This document shows, piece by piece, positions 1-12,155 of a DNA stretch of 64,000 nucleotides. The notes under the pieces were generated by a model. It saw only the letters and a list, made by a program, of their open reading frames with translations, made no database searches and was not told the DNA's origin. The stretch comes from an uncultured Prevotella sp. (GTDB taxonomy: Bacteria; Bacteroidota; Bacteroidia; Bacteroidales; Bacteroidaceae), in NCBI GenBank assembly GCA_937922435.1, contig CAKZVT010000031.1, positions 237 through 64,236 of the forward strand, written 5' to 3'. Made by a program: the position numbers and the translations under genes. Within the stretch, counting starts at the first letter, position 1; each line of letters opens with the position of its first letter.

Positions 1-3000
1 CCGTCCGTGATTACGCGGTCAGGCCGCCGCTCTATGGTTTTGCTTGTATTCTTGTCATATTCAAGTATGGAGCATTCGTTGAATACGCGCCAACGTGGTG
101 AAAACCAGTCTTTTACATGGTTGTCGTTAAAGCGTTCCGCGAGGAAGCTGCGCAGCTTTTCTGCGGTCAGACTCTCGTCGTAGATGATGCCGTCAAACTC
201 CATCTGCTTCAGTTGAGGCTCGATGTCGTCTATTGTCCGTAAGGAGGAGAACAGCTTGTGCATCACGTTGCCTGCCTCGATGTACCGGCTGCGGCGGCTC
301 TGTCCTTCAGAGATGAAATCCTTGCTCTTGTTGCTCTGCTTGAACTGTGCTGTGAAATGAGGCATAGACATTGTGGCTTCGTGCCGCTGTGCGGGCATCA
401 GGAAAACGTTTTGCGTAGGCTTCCTGTCAGCGTTTTCGCTTTCCACCTTATAATATTGCAGCTGCCCGTATTCGAATATTGTCGGCACGTCGTCGCCTTC
501 GTCTCCGTTGAGGCTTGCCCCGTCGAGCGTTTTTGCTACAACCGGCAGGCATTTCCCCAGCAGCTCTGAGCGGCTGGCTTGTCCTCCTTTTTTCTTGTCC
601 TTGCGCCCTGTCACGAACAGGCTGCGTCCTGCACGGGTGAAGGCCACGTACAGCAGGTTCTGGTTGTCTACGGTGTTTTGTATGTGCTCGTTGCGGTAGT
701 TGTCGGCGTATATTGTTTCGAGCAGCTTTTTTGAATAGTCAACAGGTATGATGGGCAGGTCGCTGAACGGCTGCGTCCCGGGTTTGCACCATAGAGTTGT
801 GTCGCGGTTCTCCAATGCCCAGTCGCAGAACGGGATTATCACGTGTGCGAACTCCAAGCCTTTGCTCTTGTGTATGCTGATTAGGCGCACCCCGGATATG
901 CTGTCGCTTTGTATGGTAGAGCTGCAAATGTCGCTGTTCCAGGCTTCGATGAATTTGTCAATGTTGCCGGGATTGTTTGCTGTAAAGTCGGCGACTTTGT
1001 CGTAAAACGCGCAAAGGTAAGCGCCTTGTTCATTGAGCCGTTCGATGTTGAATATGGAGCATATCTTGTCGATGGTCTCCAGAAGTGGCATCCTTTTTAG
1101 GCTCTCTTTGTTGTTGATGAAATCATCTGGCAGCAGCTCCTCTATGAATAGGTCTTGCTTGTCGTGTGATGGTGTCAGCAGGTCTCCGTTTCCTTTCGGT
1201 GAGGCCAGCACGGTTTTTTGATAGTTTACAGCGAGGCAAGCCTTTGACAATATGTCTTCAGGGTGGATTAGCAGCTTGAGGGCATGTATGATGATGTTGA
1301 CGGCAGGCGAGGCGTCGAGCCTGAACGCCTCGTCGCTTACTAGGTCAAGTCCAGGCAAGGCGTCGCTAAGATAGTCGGCAATAAGCTGTATATGGCGGTT
1401 CTTGCGTAGTATGATTGCTATGTCTGAAGGTTGTACGCCGTGCTTGAGCAGCTCGTTTACGGCTTGAGCTGTCTGTTCCAGAGTCTCTTGTTCGTAGTCT
1501 TCACCTGGCAGCATTGTGATTTTGACGTAGCCTCCGTCGCTGCCGTGGGGCGTTTGGCTTACGTCGGAGTATGCAGAAAGTATCTCTTGGGCATGCTCTT
1601 CGCCGCCGATGTCGGTCTCTTGGCCGTATTCCGTTTCAGCGGCGGCTTTGAAGAAGCTGTTGTTGAAGTCAACGATGTTGCGCTCCGAGCGGTAGTTTGT
1701 GTGCAAGTTCCTGACCTCTAGACTGCTTTCAGGGTGGCTGAATTGTGAATGTATGTTGTTAAGCAGCCTCCAGTCGCCGCCGCGCCAGCGGTAGATACTT
1801 TGCTTCACGTCGCCCACTATGAGGTTGCTTGTCAAGTTTTTGCCGTCCTGACTGTGGCTCATACATTCTTTCAGGAGCACCTTGAAGTTGTCCCATTGCA
1901 CGGAACTGGTGTCCTGGAACTCGTCAATCATTATATGTTCGAGACGGCATCCTACCTTTTCAAATATGAAAGGCGAGTCGCTGTCTTTTATCAATGTGTG
2001 CAGCAGATGCTGCGTATCGCTTAAAAGGAAGCGGTTGGCTTCGCCGTTCAGTTCCCTGACTTTGGCCTCTATGCTGCCCAGCAGGCGCAGCTTGTCGAGG
2101 TGTTTCAGCGTGCAGTCCGCGGTGGCATACAGTTTCCATTGCTTTTGTCTGTCTGTTTCGGCCTTGCGTAATAAGGGCATCAGTCGGCTTTCGGCCAATG
2201 AGATTATTACGTTGCGGTCGGGACTTGTCTTTGAAGTCCAGTTCTCCGCTCCGGCAAGGCATTTCTCCAGGATTTGTTTTTTACAGTTTGTGTCGCTGAA
2301 GTCGTCGCCCTTCAGCTTGTTGAAATAGCTGCATATACCCTTGGCCTTGCCTGCGTATGAAGTAGGTTCCAGCCCGGCTTCGGCTGTTATTTTCTCAAAA
2401 TCCAGCGCGTATCCGGCCATGCGCTTTTTCGCGTCTGTGCGTATTGCTCTAAGGCGTTTGGTGTAATTGTCGAATAAATTTTGGTCTGCAATGGCCTTGC
2501 CGAGGTCGTCGCTTACAGCCTTGTAGAAGTCGCGGAATATTGTCTTGCCGAAGCTTTTTATCTGTCCTATTACGTTCCAGCCCTTGTTCTCGCTTATGTT
2601 TGAGAATATGTAACTTATGAGCCATTGCAGGATTTTGCTTGTCGATGTAAGTGATTCGATGAGCAGGTCGACGGCCTGTTCCTCCACTTGTGCGTCGTTC
2701 AGACCGATTTTCAGGTTGGGTGTGAGGTCGAGTTCACGGGCAAGGTTGCGCATTACGGACTGGAAAAAGGAGTCGATGGTCTCGACGCGGAAATAATGAT
2801 AGTTGTGTACTAACAGCGCGAGAGCCTGTCCGGCACGCTTGCTGGCCTGCTGCTCGGTGATGTCAAGGCTGCCGCATACGGTTTTCATGTATGTTGCGGA
2901 ATCGGGCAACATCTTCCAAATGCCGTACAGTTGGCTTAGTATGCGCATTTTCATTTCCTCCGTGGCCTTGTTGGTGAAGGTCACGGCAAGTATGTTCTTG

Positions 3001-3101
3001 AAGCAAAGCGGGTTGTCAATCAGCAGCTTGATGTACTCTACCGCCAGCGTAAAAGTCTTTCCGCTGCCTGCGCTTGCCTTGTATATGGTCAATGGTTTCA
3101 T
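1..3101 (-). CDS. UvrD/Rep-family helicase with C-terminal PD-(D/E)XK-type nuclease motif (AddA/RecB-like); 3' end runs off the left window edge
   Basis: Absent from the ORF track because its stop lies outside the window. Manual reverse translation from ATG (3101-3099) stays open to position 3. Motifs checked in frame: MKPLTIYKASAGSGKTFTL (Walker A), RLEHIMIDEFQDTS (motif II), LIVGDVKQSIYRW (III), ISIHKSKGLEF (V), LLYVAFTRAGRS (VI), and nuclease-like ERRPDRVITDG at the edge. Confidence 0.85.
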   Translation of the reverse strand, partial: MKPLTIYKASAGSGKTFTLAVEYIKLLIDNPLCFKNILAVTFTNKATEEMKMRILSQLYGIWKMLPDSATYMKTVCGSLDITEQQASKRAGQALALLVHNYHYFRVETIDSFFQSVMRNLARELDLTPNLKIGLNDAQVEEQAVDLLIESLTSTSKILQWLISYIFSNISENKGWNVIGQIKSFGKTIFRDFYKAVSDDLGKAIADQNLFDNYTKRLRAIRTDAKKRMAGYALDFEKITAEAGLEPTSYAGKAKGICSYFNKLKGDDFSDTNCKKQILEKCLAGAENWTSKTSPDRNVIISLAESRLMPLLRKAETDRQKQWKLYATADCTLKHLDKLRLLGSIEAKVRELNGEANRFLLSDTQHLLHTLIKDSDSPFIFEKVGCRLEHIMIDEFQDTSSVQWDNFKVLLKECMSHSQDGKNLTSNLIVGDVKQSIYRWRGGDWRLLNNIHSQFSHPESSLEVRNLHTNYRSERNIVDFNNSFFKAAAETEYGQETDIGGEEHAQEILSAYSDVSQTPHGSDGGYVKITMLPGEDYEQETLEQTAQAVNELLKHGVQPSDIAIILRKNRHIQLIADYLSDALPGLDLVSDEAFRLDASPAVNIIIHALKLLIHPEDILSKACLAVNYQKTVLASPKGNGDLLTPSHDKQDLFIEELLPDDFINNKESLKRMPLLETIDKICSIFNIERLNEQGAYLCAFYDKVADFTANNPGNIDKFIEAWNSDICSSTIQSDSISGVRLISIHKSKGLEFAHVIIPFCDWALENRDTTLWCKPGTQPFSDLPIIPVDYSKKLLETIYADNYRNEHIQNTVDNQNLLYVAFTRAGRSLFVTGRKDKKKGGQASRSELLGKCLPVVAKTLDGASLNGDEGDDVPTIFEYGQLQYYKVESENADRKPTQNVFLMPAQRHEATMSMPHFTAQFKQSNKSKDFISEGQSRRSRYIEAGNVMHKLFSSLRTIDDIEPQLKQMEFDGIIYDESLTAEKLRSFLAERFNDNHVKDWFSPRWRVFNECSILEYDKNTSKTIERRPDRVITD

Positions 3102-3124
3102 CAGATTTGGCTTTACTTCCTTAT

Positions 3125-3167
3125 ATTAATTCTTAACTCTTCACTCTTAATTCTTAATTCTTAACTT
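3125..3167. repeat. reiterated-word tract (ttcttaa/ctcttaa), unpaired copy of the word family seen at 45240
   Basis: Sequence ttaattcttaactcttcactcttaattcttaattcttaac lies between the helicase start and the upstream gene's stop. No inverted partner is nearby. Confidence 0.6.
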
Positions 3168-3170
3168 CCG

Positions 3171-5201
3171 TCACCAGTCCCTGAACAGTTCGAAGCCGAA
3201 GCGGCAGCCTATGCCTTCAAAGCTTCTGTTGCTTGTCGCCATGAATACGCCCATCGAAAAGAAGCGGTTTGTAAAGCCGTATCCGTATTCGATGTACGGT
3301 GTAAGGTGCTCCACGAACAGAACGTTGACGTATATGCGTTCCATTTCAATCATCCTGCCTACGTAAGGAATGCGTGACAGAATCATCAGCGGCGATTCGT
3401 ATGTGGCGTTGGCCCGTGCGTAATATTCGGACACGTTGTACCAGTTGCTGTTCAGTAGGTGGAACTCTCCGCTCCAGTTGTCGTTCCATCCTCCTGGTAT
3501 GCTCTCGTCCCTGAAGTTGGTGTAGTCGAGGAAGTAGGAGTTATGGCTCTTCGATGTGTAGAAGCCTCCGCCAAGTCTTAATGACAGGCTTCTTAGGGAG
3601 TAAAACGGTTTCAACCACGACACGTCGAACTCGAAACGTTCGTATTCCATGTCGGCCTTGCCCGCGCGCATGCCGCGTTCGTAGTCGGTCGTGATGATTG
3701 GCCCGTCCCATCCCGACGGACGGAACTGCACTTGCAGCGAGGGTGCCAGCGAGTAGTATGACACGGGGCGGCCTGCCACCTCGAAGCCGGTCTTGTCTAC
3801 GGCGGAGCGGCGGTGGAAGACGAGGCCCGGCTTCATGCTCCATTTATCGGAAAAGTCGTAGTTCATGGCGAATTTTACGTAGAAGTCCTTGAAGTAGTCA
3901 AGGTTCATCCTGTCCCAGTCAATCGAGTCGAGCGATTCGTGTTTTACTTGGTTTACTATGCTTGAGTTGGTAATCCTGTTGCCGTTTCCTATTTCGATGC
4001 CAATGTATCCGTTCCTTTTCTTGTTGAAGTTGAACTTCAACGGGACGTTGAAATACAGTTGTTTTTGCTTGAACGAGTAGCCTGCGTTGAATGCTACGGA
4101 CAAGTCGCTGTTAAGCGAGAATTTGTAGCTGCCGTTCACCTTGAACTTGTATGTCAGCCCACGGCGGCCGCTGTAGCTCAGGTACAGCGGGTTGAGTATG
4201 GGCGAAATCCTGAACGCCCCTTGCCTGTTTGCGCCGAAGTTGCCCTTCGTCCTGTTTACGACATAGTCGCCAAAAGAATTCCATAATACCTTTTTCCACA
4301 TGTTGTCCGCTTTCTTCTGTTTTACGGAGTCCGTCTTGCTCCTTGCCGAGTCATGTGTGGCGTACAGTTTCCTGATTTCCGCAGGAAGGGGGGCGGGCCT
4401 TATGCCGGCCATCAGCCGGCTGTCGTGTGAGTTCTTTATGGTGTCGGGCAGGTAGACAGGGTTGTCGTAGACGGAGTGGAACGAGGCTTTGATTTTATTG
4501 CCTACGAAGTGGAACGACGCGTCAATGTCGCATGTCTTCGGCAGCAGCGAGCGCAAGCCTTTCTTTCCCATTTCAGTGGAGATGTGGAACTTCACCATGT
4601 CATATTCGCCGCTGAAGTTGATTTTGATTATGCGTCCCGTGCTTCTGTCAACTATGGCCGAGCCGCTTACGAGCTGCGTGTTGTACCGTTTTGGGCGGAA
4701 CACTATCTCTGCCCTGTTGCCCGTAAGATTGGTTATGGCATACTTGTACAGCCTTGTGTTGTGACGGTTGAACGGCGAGAGCAGCTGTCCGTCGATGATT
4801 GTTACACCGTAAATGTCGGGCAGCAGGTATTTGTTGAGGGTCGTCATGGCGCTTCTGTGCCGTGGGATTGTTCCCGTGTTCAGTTGTAGGATGGCTTCCT
4901 TGACGGTGTTGTCTTTTATGAAAACCGTGCTGTATGATTCGCCTGCGAATTCGCGCAGGCCGCGCGCTATGGCATACATCGACGGCACGGCCATCAGTGT
5001 GAAGTTGCGTTTTTCCGTGTTGAAGTAATACCTTATATATATATTGCTGTGTATTCCGTCTAGGCTTACGGGCATGCCTTGCCTGTAGGCCAGCACCCGT
5101 TGCAGCGTCAACGAGTCGGTGGCGGCCTTGGCGTCTGCCGTGACGGTATGGACGGCCAGCAGCAGGACGCACAGCACGGCAATGCTTCCGCGGAATTTCA
5201 T
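3171..5201 (-). CDS. exported protein of unknown function, probably outer-membrane (signal peptide; beta-rich C-terminal half ending ...FELFRDW)
   Basis: ORF 3171..5240, trimmed to ATG 5201 (MKFRGSIAVLCVLLLAVHTVTADA signal peptide). Alternating aromatic/hydrophilic pattern and an aromatic C-terminus. Family not recognised. Confidence 0.7.
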   Translation of the reverse strand: MKFRGSIAVLCVLLLAVHTVTADAKAATDSLTLQRVLAYRQGMPVSLDGIHSNIYIRYYFNTEKRNFTLMAVPSMYAIARGLREFAGESYSTVFIKDNTVKEAILQLNTGTIPRHRSAMTTLNKYLLPDIYGVTIIDGQLLSPFNRHNTRLYKYAITNLTGNRAEIVFRPKRYNTQLVSGSAIVDRSTGRIIKINFSGEYDMVKFHISTEMGKKGLRSLLPKTCDIDASFHFVGNKIKASFHSVYDNPVYLPDTIKNSHDSRLMAGIRPAPLPAEIRKLYATHDSARSKTDSVKQKKADNMWKKVLWNSFGDYVVNRTKGNFGANRQGAFRISPILNPLYLSYSGRRGLTYKFKVNGSYKFSLNSDLSVAFNAGYSFKQKQLYFNVPLKFNFNKKRNGYIGIEIGNGNRITNSSIVNQVKHESLDSIDWDRMNLDYFKDFYVKFAMNYDFSDKWSMKPGLVFHRRSAVDKTGFEVAGRPVSYYSLAPSLQVQFRPSGWDGPIITTDYERGMRAGKADMEYERFEFDVSWLKPFYSLRSLSLRLGGGFYTSKSHNSYFLDYTNFRDESIPGGWNDNWSGEFHLLNSNWYNVSEYYARANATYESPLMILSRIPYVGRMIEMERIYVNVLFVEHLTPYIEYGYGFTNRFFSMGVFMATSNRSFEGIGCRFGFELFRDW

Positions 5202-5484
5202 AATGCAAATATACGAGTAATTTTCCAATTCGGGCGTCAAGGAGTGATTATTTTGGGCGGAAGTGTGTAATATAAGTTAACAGCCGGCAGGCGGTGGCAT
5301 ACAGCAGGCTGTGTCAGCGTTTGGCGCTGAAAAGCGTGCAAAACGTCAAGATGAAAATGTCTGCGAAAATATCAAAACTACGTTCACTGTCACCGCTTTT
5401 ATGCTTTATGGCGGGGGTGGAGAGCGTGGTTTGTCGTCCTGATTAATCCCTTTGGGGTATAATATGGTATCTTCTTTGTGCCAG

Positions 5485-5570
5485 GAAGGCCGTTGAAGTG
5501 GTAGGCAAAGACCGCCTTTTGCGGCCTTGAAGACGGCCTTTTGCGGCCTGAAAGGCCGTCTCTTGTACAG
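5485..5570 (+). repeat. 22-bp tandem mini-palindrome array (copy 1 of 7)
   Basis: Units: gcaaagaccgccttttgcggcct / tgaagacggccttttgcggcc / tgaaaggccgtctcttgtacag. Confidence 0.8.
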
Positions 5571-5900
5571 CGTTCCGCGTCAGGTTGTTGCACATCTTGC
5601 GGCGTACAGTCTGCAACGTACTGATTTACAGGCGTTTGCGCTTGCACGCTTTTCCTTGCGTTTTTTACGCCGTCGTGTCTTGTTTTTCAAAATATCGCAG
5701 TATGGAGAGGCCATTGAAAATCATTGTGTCACAATATATTGTGGTATATGGGCAATGTGTCACAGCTGACTGCGGCAACTTCAAGTGTCGCCGGTTCGGG
5801 TTTTACTTAAGGTGGCAATAATCTTGCTGTCAAAAGAAATATTGTTTGACGAGGTATGTAAAAACTGCACAAATAATTTGCCTGTGTGCATAAAATGACC

Positions 5901-5908
5901 TATCTTTG
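5901..5908 (+). promoter_or_regulatory. Bacteroidetes -7 promoter box (TAnnTTTG) for the acyl-CoA ligase gene
   Basis: TATCTTTG, 24 nt upstream of ATG 5932. Confidence 0.5.
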
Positions 5909-5931
5909 CACAAATTTTTGAATTTTGTGCA

Positions 5932-7605
5932 ATGGAGCGAATACCAAGTTTCAACTCGTATATCGAGAAAAGCGTGATAGAAAACTGGGACTGTGACGCG
6001 CTTACCGACTACAAGGGCGTCACCCTGCAATATAAAGATGTGGCCCGTAAGATAGAGAAACTGCACATCATGTTCGAGAACAGCGGTGTGCAGAAAGGCG
6101 ACAAAATAGCCATTTGCGGCCGCAACAGCGCCAGTTGGGCGGTGGCTTTCCTGGCAACGCTGACATACGGCGCCGTAGCCGTGCCCGTACAGCATGAGTT
6201 TACGCCCGACCAAATTTACAATGTGGTAAACCACAGCGAGGCCAAGCTGCTGTTTGTCGGCGACGTAGTGGCCAAGTCGGTGGATGCAACCAAGATGCCA
6301 CATCTTGAGGGCGTAATCTACATACCCGACTATTCGTTGCTCGTATCAAGGACAGACAAGCTGACATACGCACGCGAACACCTTAACGAACTGTTCGGAA
6401 AGAAATATCCAAAGGCGTTCCGCGCCAACCATGTGGCATACCACAGGGAGGCTGACCCAGACGAGCTTGCGCTCATCAACTATACAAGCGGCACTACGGG
6501 CTTTTCAAAAGGCGTCATGCTCCCGTACCGGGCGTTGTGGGGAAACCTTGACTTCACCTTGAAGATGCTTGGCACGCACATACCCAAGCGCTCCAATACG
6601 GTAAGCATACTACCCATGGCCCACATGTACGGCATGTCGTTCGAATTCCTGTTTGAATTCTGCCATGGTTGCCACATATTCTTCCTGACGCGCGTGCCCA
6701 GCCCGGCCATCATAGCACAGGCGTTCACCGACATCAAGCCGGCCATCATAATAGCCGTGCCGTTGGTCGTAGAGAAAATCATCAGGAAAAAGGTGTTCCC
6801 GAAAATCCAGACACACAAGATGCGCCTGCTGATGAACATGCCGGTAATCAGCAAGAAGGTGAAGCAGAAAATATGCGAAGAGGTAATGGAGGCTTTCGGC
6901 GGCAACCTGTATGAAGTGGTAGTGGGCGGAGCGCCGTTCAACCAGGAGGTGGAGGCGTTCCTGAAGAGCATCGACTTCCCCGTGACGGTAGGCTATGGCG
7001 CTACGGAATGTGCGCCAATAATAACTTACACCGATTACACGGAGTTCATGCCTACGTCGTGCGGCAAGGCTGTTGTACACATGGAAGTGAAAATTGACAG
7101 CCGTGACCCGGAGAACATACCGGGCGAGCTGCTTGCGCGCGGAACCAACGTAATGCTGGGGTATTACAAGAACGAGGAAGCCACGCGGCAGGCCCTTGAC
7201 GGAGACGGGTGGTATCACAGCGGAGACCTGGCACTGATGGACAGCGACGGCTACGTATATATCAAGGGACGCATCAAGAACATGCTGCTCGGCGCTAACG
7301 GGCAGAACGTTTATCCCGAAGAGATTGAGGACAAGCTAAACAGCATGACCCTTGTCGTGGAAAGCCTGATAGTGCAGAAGGGCGACAAGCTTGTAGCTTT
7401 GATATACCCCGACTATGAAGAGGCCAAGAACCTTGGCTTCTCGAAGGAAGACGTGCAGCATGTAATGGAGCAGAACCTCATAGAACTGAACATGCTGATA
7501 CCGTCGTACAGCAAGATAACGGCTTTCAAGCTGATGGACGAGGAGTTTGAGAAGACGCCCAAGAAGAGCATCAAGCGTTATCTGTACAAGGATGTAGAAC
7601 TGTAG
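5932..7605 (+). CDS. long-chain fatty acid--CoA ligase (AMP-binding ANL superfamily)
   Basis: 557 aa with the AMP-binding signature INYTSGTTGFSKGV and GWYHSGDLA...GRIKN. A TAnnTTTG box lies 24 nt upstream. Confidence 0.85.
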   Translation: MERIPSFNSYIEKSVIENWDCDALTDYKGVTLQYKDVARKIEKLHIMFENSGVQKGDKIAICGRNSASWAVAFLATLTYGAVAVPVQHEFTPDQIYNVVNHSEAKLLFVGDVVAKSVDATKMPHLEGVIYIPDYSLLVSRTDKLTYAREHLNELFGKKYPKAFRANHVAYHREADPDELALINYTSGTTGFSKGVMLPYRALWGNLDFTLKMLGTHIPKRSNTVSILPMAHMYGMSFEFLFEFCHGCHIFFLTRVPSPAIIAQAFTDIKPAIIIAVPLVVEKIIRKKVFPKIQTHKMRLLMNMPVISKKVKQKICEEVMEAFGGNLYEVVVGGAPFNQEVEAFLKSIDFPVTVGYGATECAPIITYTDYTEFMPTSCGKAVVHMEVKIDSRDPENIPGELLARGTNVMLGYYKNEEATRQALDGDGWYHSGDLALMDSDGYVYIKGRIKNMLLGANGQNVYPEEIEDKLNSMTLVVESLIVQKGDKLVALIYPDYEEAKNLGFSKEDVQHVMEQNLIELNMLIPSYSKITAFKLMDEEFEKTPKKSIKRYLYKDVEL

Positions 7606-7622
7606 TACGCTGTTGCTATATT

Positions 7623-7659
7623 GCAGAAGGGTCTGGCCATGACGGCCAGACCCTTCTGC
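7623..7659 (+). terminator. stem-loop terminator after the acyl-CoA ligase gene
   Basis: Perfect 16-bp stem gcagaagggtctggcc / ggccagacccttctgc with a 5-nt loop, 18 nt after the stop. No clear U-tract. Confidence 0.6.
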
Positions 7660-7777
7660 GTGTTGGCGTCGCCGCTGGAGCTGTGCGTGGGCGGCCTCAT
7701 CGTATTTGTTAGATTAAATTCTCGTTAAACATTAAAATTTTTCGTGCGCCAGGCTTTCGGGTATTAATATTATTTCG

Positions 7778-7785
7778 TAATTTTG
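7778..7785 (+). promoter_or_regulatory. -7 promoter box for the NhaD-like transporter / pfkA string
   Basis: TAATTTTG, 22 nt upstream of ATG 7807. Confidence 0.5.
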
Positions 7786-7806
7786 TAGCTGAATTATGAA
7801 AATACC

Positions 7807-9204
7807 ATGTCACTTGTAATTGTTTCCATCTTGCTGATAGGCTACGTACTTATCGCCACGGGATACGCTACCAGGGTAAACCGGGCGGCGATAGCAATGT
7901 TCGTGGGTACGGCGGGATGGGTGCTTTACATCTGCTACGGCACTGATTTTGTGATGGGGCAACACGCCGGAGAATATGCAGACTTCCTTGCCGGGGCTGC
8001 GCCGACCAGCTCGAACGTAAAGCAGTACATAGCCGAAGACGTCTTTATAAAATATGTTGGCAAGGGAGCGGAAATCGTGCTTTTCCTGCTTGCCACCATG
8101 ACAATTGTCGAAATACTGAACAATAACGGGTGTTTCGACTTCTTGCAGGAGCTTCTTAAAACCCGTAACAGCAAGAAACTGTTGTGGATAATGTCAGTAA
8201 TGACATTCGCAATATCGGCAAATCTCGACAACCTTAGTACGACCACGATGATGCTGGTAATCATGCACAAGCTGTTGCCTAACCGCCGCCAGCGCATGAT
8301 TTACGGGTGTGCCATAGTGCTGGCTGCGAATTGTGGCGGTGCATTGACTGTGATAGGCGACCCTAACGGACTTGTGCTTTGGAGTACAGGAGCTGTCACT
8401 GCAACCAACTTTTCGGCGTCTCTCGCTATCCCATGCCTTGTTGCCTGGTGGCTGCCTACATATTGGCTCGGACGCAGATTGCCAGAGCATACGGAGCTGC
8501 AATTGTCCACAATGCCTTACCGCGGCGATGATACGAACCTGAACAAGTGGCAACGCGTGGTGATGCTCATCCTCGGCATCGGCGGATTGTGGTTCATCCC
8601 AACGTTCCATAATATAACCAAGCTTAGCCCGTTCCTCGGTGCGTTGTGCGTATTGTCTTTCTTATGGATAGTGAATGAAATTTTCAACCGCAAGCTGATG
8701 AACGTTGACCAGATGATACAGCGCCCGGTTCCGCGCGCATTGCAGTATGGTATCATCCAGCTGATGCTTTTTGTCATGGGCATCATGCTTGCCATCGGTG
8801 CGGTGCGTGAGACGGGGGTAATATCCCATATCGCCGGATTCTGTGACGCCAATATACATAATGTGTGGATTATGGGCGTAATAACAGGGTGCGTAAGCAG
8901 TGTTTTGGATTCGTTTGCTTCTTGCATGAGCTTTATTTCAATATATCCTGTCATGGATGGGAGTGTGCTGGCGCAGGCCGCAGACGCGTCTTACATGTCG
9001 TCGTTCACGCAGAACGGGATATATTGGAAAATCATCGCTTTCTGTTCGGCTATGGGCGGAAATATCCTGCCGTTGGGGTCAATCAGCGGCCTGGCCCTGA
9101 TGAAAATGGAGCGCGTACATGTAGGTTGGTATTTCAAGAATGTAGGCTTTGTCGCCATGATAGGATGGCTTCTTGGGCTTGTTGCGATGTGGATGTTGTG
9201 TTGA
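7807..9204 (+). CDS. NhaD/ArsB-superfamily ion transporter (putative Na+/H+ antiporter)
   Basis: 465 aa and polytopic hydrophobic throughout. NhaD-like segments include [12 protein letters not shown]. Confidence 0.65.
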   Translation: MSLVIVSILLIGYVLIATGYATRVNRAAIAMFVGTAGWVLYICYGTDFVMGQHAGEYADFLAGAAPTSSNVKQYIAEDVFIKYVGKGAEIVLFLLATMTIVEILNNNGCFDFLQELLKTRNSKKLLWIMSVMTFAISANLDNLSTTTMMLVIMHKLLPNRRQRMIYGCAIVLAANCGGALTVIGDPNGLVLWSTGAVTATNFSASLAIPCLVAWWLPTYWLGRRLPEHTELQLSTMPYRGDDTNLNKWQRVVMLILGIGGLWFIPTFHNITKLSPFLGALCVLSFLWIVNEIFNRKLMNVDQMIQRPVPRALQYGIIQLMLFVMGIMLAIGAVRETGVISHIAGFCDANIHNVWIMGVITGCVSSVLDSFASCMSFISIYPVMDGSVLAQAADASYMSSFTQNGIYWKIIAFCSAMGGNILPLGSISGLALMKMERVHVGWYFKNVGFVAMIGWLLGLVAMWMLC

Positions 9205-9226
9205 AAATTGTAAAAAACAAAATATT

Positions 9227-10204
9227 ATGGGTAAGATTAAGACAATAGGCATTATGACTTCAGGAGGCGACGCTCCTGGAATGAACGCCGCGATACGTGC
9301 GGTCACAAGGGCGGGTATATGCAACGGTTTTAAAATCAAGGGCATCTACCGCGGTTATGACGGCTTGATAAACAACGAAATAGCTGATTTCACCACTGAA
9401 AACGTGAGCGGTATAATCATGTCGGGCGGTACTATCCTGAAGACGGCACGCAGCAAGGAGTTCACAACGACGGAGGGACGGCAGAAGGCATACGACAACA
9501 TGGTTGCCAATGGCATAGACGCTTTGATTGTAATCGGCGGCAACGGTTCGCTTACAGGTGCGATGCTGTTCGCCCAAGAGCACGACGTGTGCTGCATAGG
9601 GCTGCCCGGGACAATCGACAACGACTTGTATGGCACGGATTCTACAATAGGATATGACACCACTCTAAACACCATTGTTGAATGTGTTGACCGCATACGC
9701 GACACGGCGCAGAGTCATGAACGCATCTTCTTCATAGAGGTGATGGGGCGCGATGCCGGTTTTCTGGCGCAAAACAGTGCCATCGCATCCGGTGCCGAAG
9801 CTGCAATCATACCTGAAGATTCTACCGATGTAGACCAGTTGGCACGGTTCATGGAGCGAGGAATAAGAAAGAGTAAGAAGAGTTGTATCGTAATCGTGTC
9901 GGAGAGTCCTAAGTGCGGTGCGTTGTATTATGCCGACCGTGTGCGCAACGAATTCCCTGATTATGACGTGAGGGTGTCAATCCTCGGTCACTTGCAGCGT
10001 GGCGGCAGGCCTACCGCGCATGATAGAATCCTTGCGAGCCGTACAGGCGTTGGAGCTATTGACGCCATCATGCAGGGCCAGCGTAATGTGATGATTGGCG
10101 TGCGTAACAATGAAGTGGTATATGTTCCGTTGAGCGAGGCTATTCGTTCAGACAAACCGTTTGACAAAAAACTGATAACGGTATTGGATGAATTGAGCAT
10201 CTAA
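9227..10204 (+). CDS. pfkA: ATP-dependent 6-phosphofructokinase
   Basis: ORF 9173..10204, trimmed to ATG 9227 ([24 protein letters not shown]). It aligns by eye along its full length with E. coli PfkA ([28 protein letters not shown]). See the finding on GGNGS. Confidence 0.9.
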   Translation: MGKIKTIGIMTSGGDAPGMNAAIRAVTRAGICNGFKIKGIYRGYDGLINNEIADFTTENVSGIIMSGGTILKTARSKEFTTTEGRQKAYDNMVANGIDALIVIGGNGSLTGAMLFAQEHDVCCIGLPGTIDNDLYGTDSTIGYDTTLNTIVECVDRIRDTAQSHERIFFIEVMGRDAGFLAQNSAIASGAEAAIIPEDSTDVDQLARFMERGIRKSKKSCIVIVSESPKCGALYYADRVRNEFPDYDVRVSILGHLQRGGRPTAHDRILASRTGVGAIDAIMQGQRNVMIGVRNNEVVYVPLSEAIRSDKPFDKKLITVLDELSI

Positions 10205-10315
10205 AAAAACACCATGAACATTAAAGTAATTAAAATGAGGTCTTTTGAATGTAAATAAAAGTTTATTTGACGAAAGTTTTGTGACATAAAATTTTGTATG
10301 GAAAAAACTATTTCG

Positions 10316-10323
10316 TAACTTTG
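10316..10323 (+). promoter_or_regulatory. -7 promoter box for the atp operon
   Basis: TAACTTTG, 37 nt upstream of the atpD ATG. Confidence 0.5.
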
Positions 10324-10332
10324 CGTTTTTGA

Positions 10333-11886
<1,554 letters not shown>

Positions 11887-11906
11887 CAATTGACCAGTTA
11901 AAGGAT

Positions 11907-12155
11907 ATGAGCTTAAAACTGAAAATAGTTTCGCCCGAGAAAGTGGAATTTGACGACTATGTGGAGAGCGTGAAGGTTCCAGGCGTGATGGGTAATTTCG
12001 AGATACTCGACAACCACGCGCCGATAATTTCCGTGCTTCAAGCAGGAATCGTTGAGTACACAACGGGGGATGACAAAAGGCAATTGACTGTTTCCGGCGG
12101 TTTTGTCGAAGTCCATAAGAACGAAGTTTCTTTATGTGTTGAAAAAGCACGATGA
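11907..12155 (+). CDS. atpC: F1Fo ATP synthase subunit epsilon
   Basis: The track ORF starts at TTG 11883; ATG 11907 gives MSLKLKIVSPEK..., typical of the epsilon N-terminus. It lies directly after atpD. Confidence 0.85.
   Translation: MSLKLKIVSPEKVEFDDYVESVKVPGVMGNFEILDNHAPIISVLQAGIVEYTTGDDKRQLTVSGGFVEVHKNEVSLCVEKAR

Noticed and set aside
1-3101. UvrD-like helicase-nuclease at the left edge as part of a defence system
   Set aside because: Its motif content fits the housekeeping AddA/RecB-like recombination helicase-nuclease. No defence-associated neighbours are visible inside the window (the next gene is an exported protein), and the upstream context is cut off.
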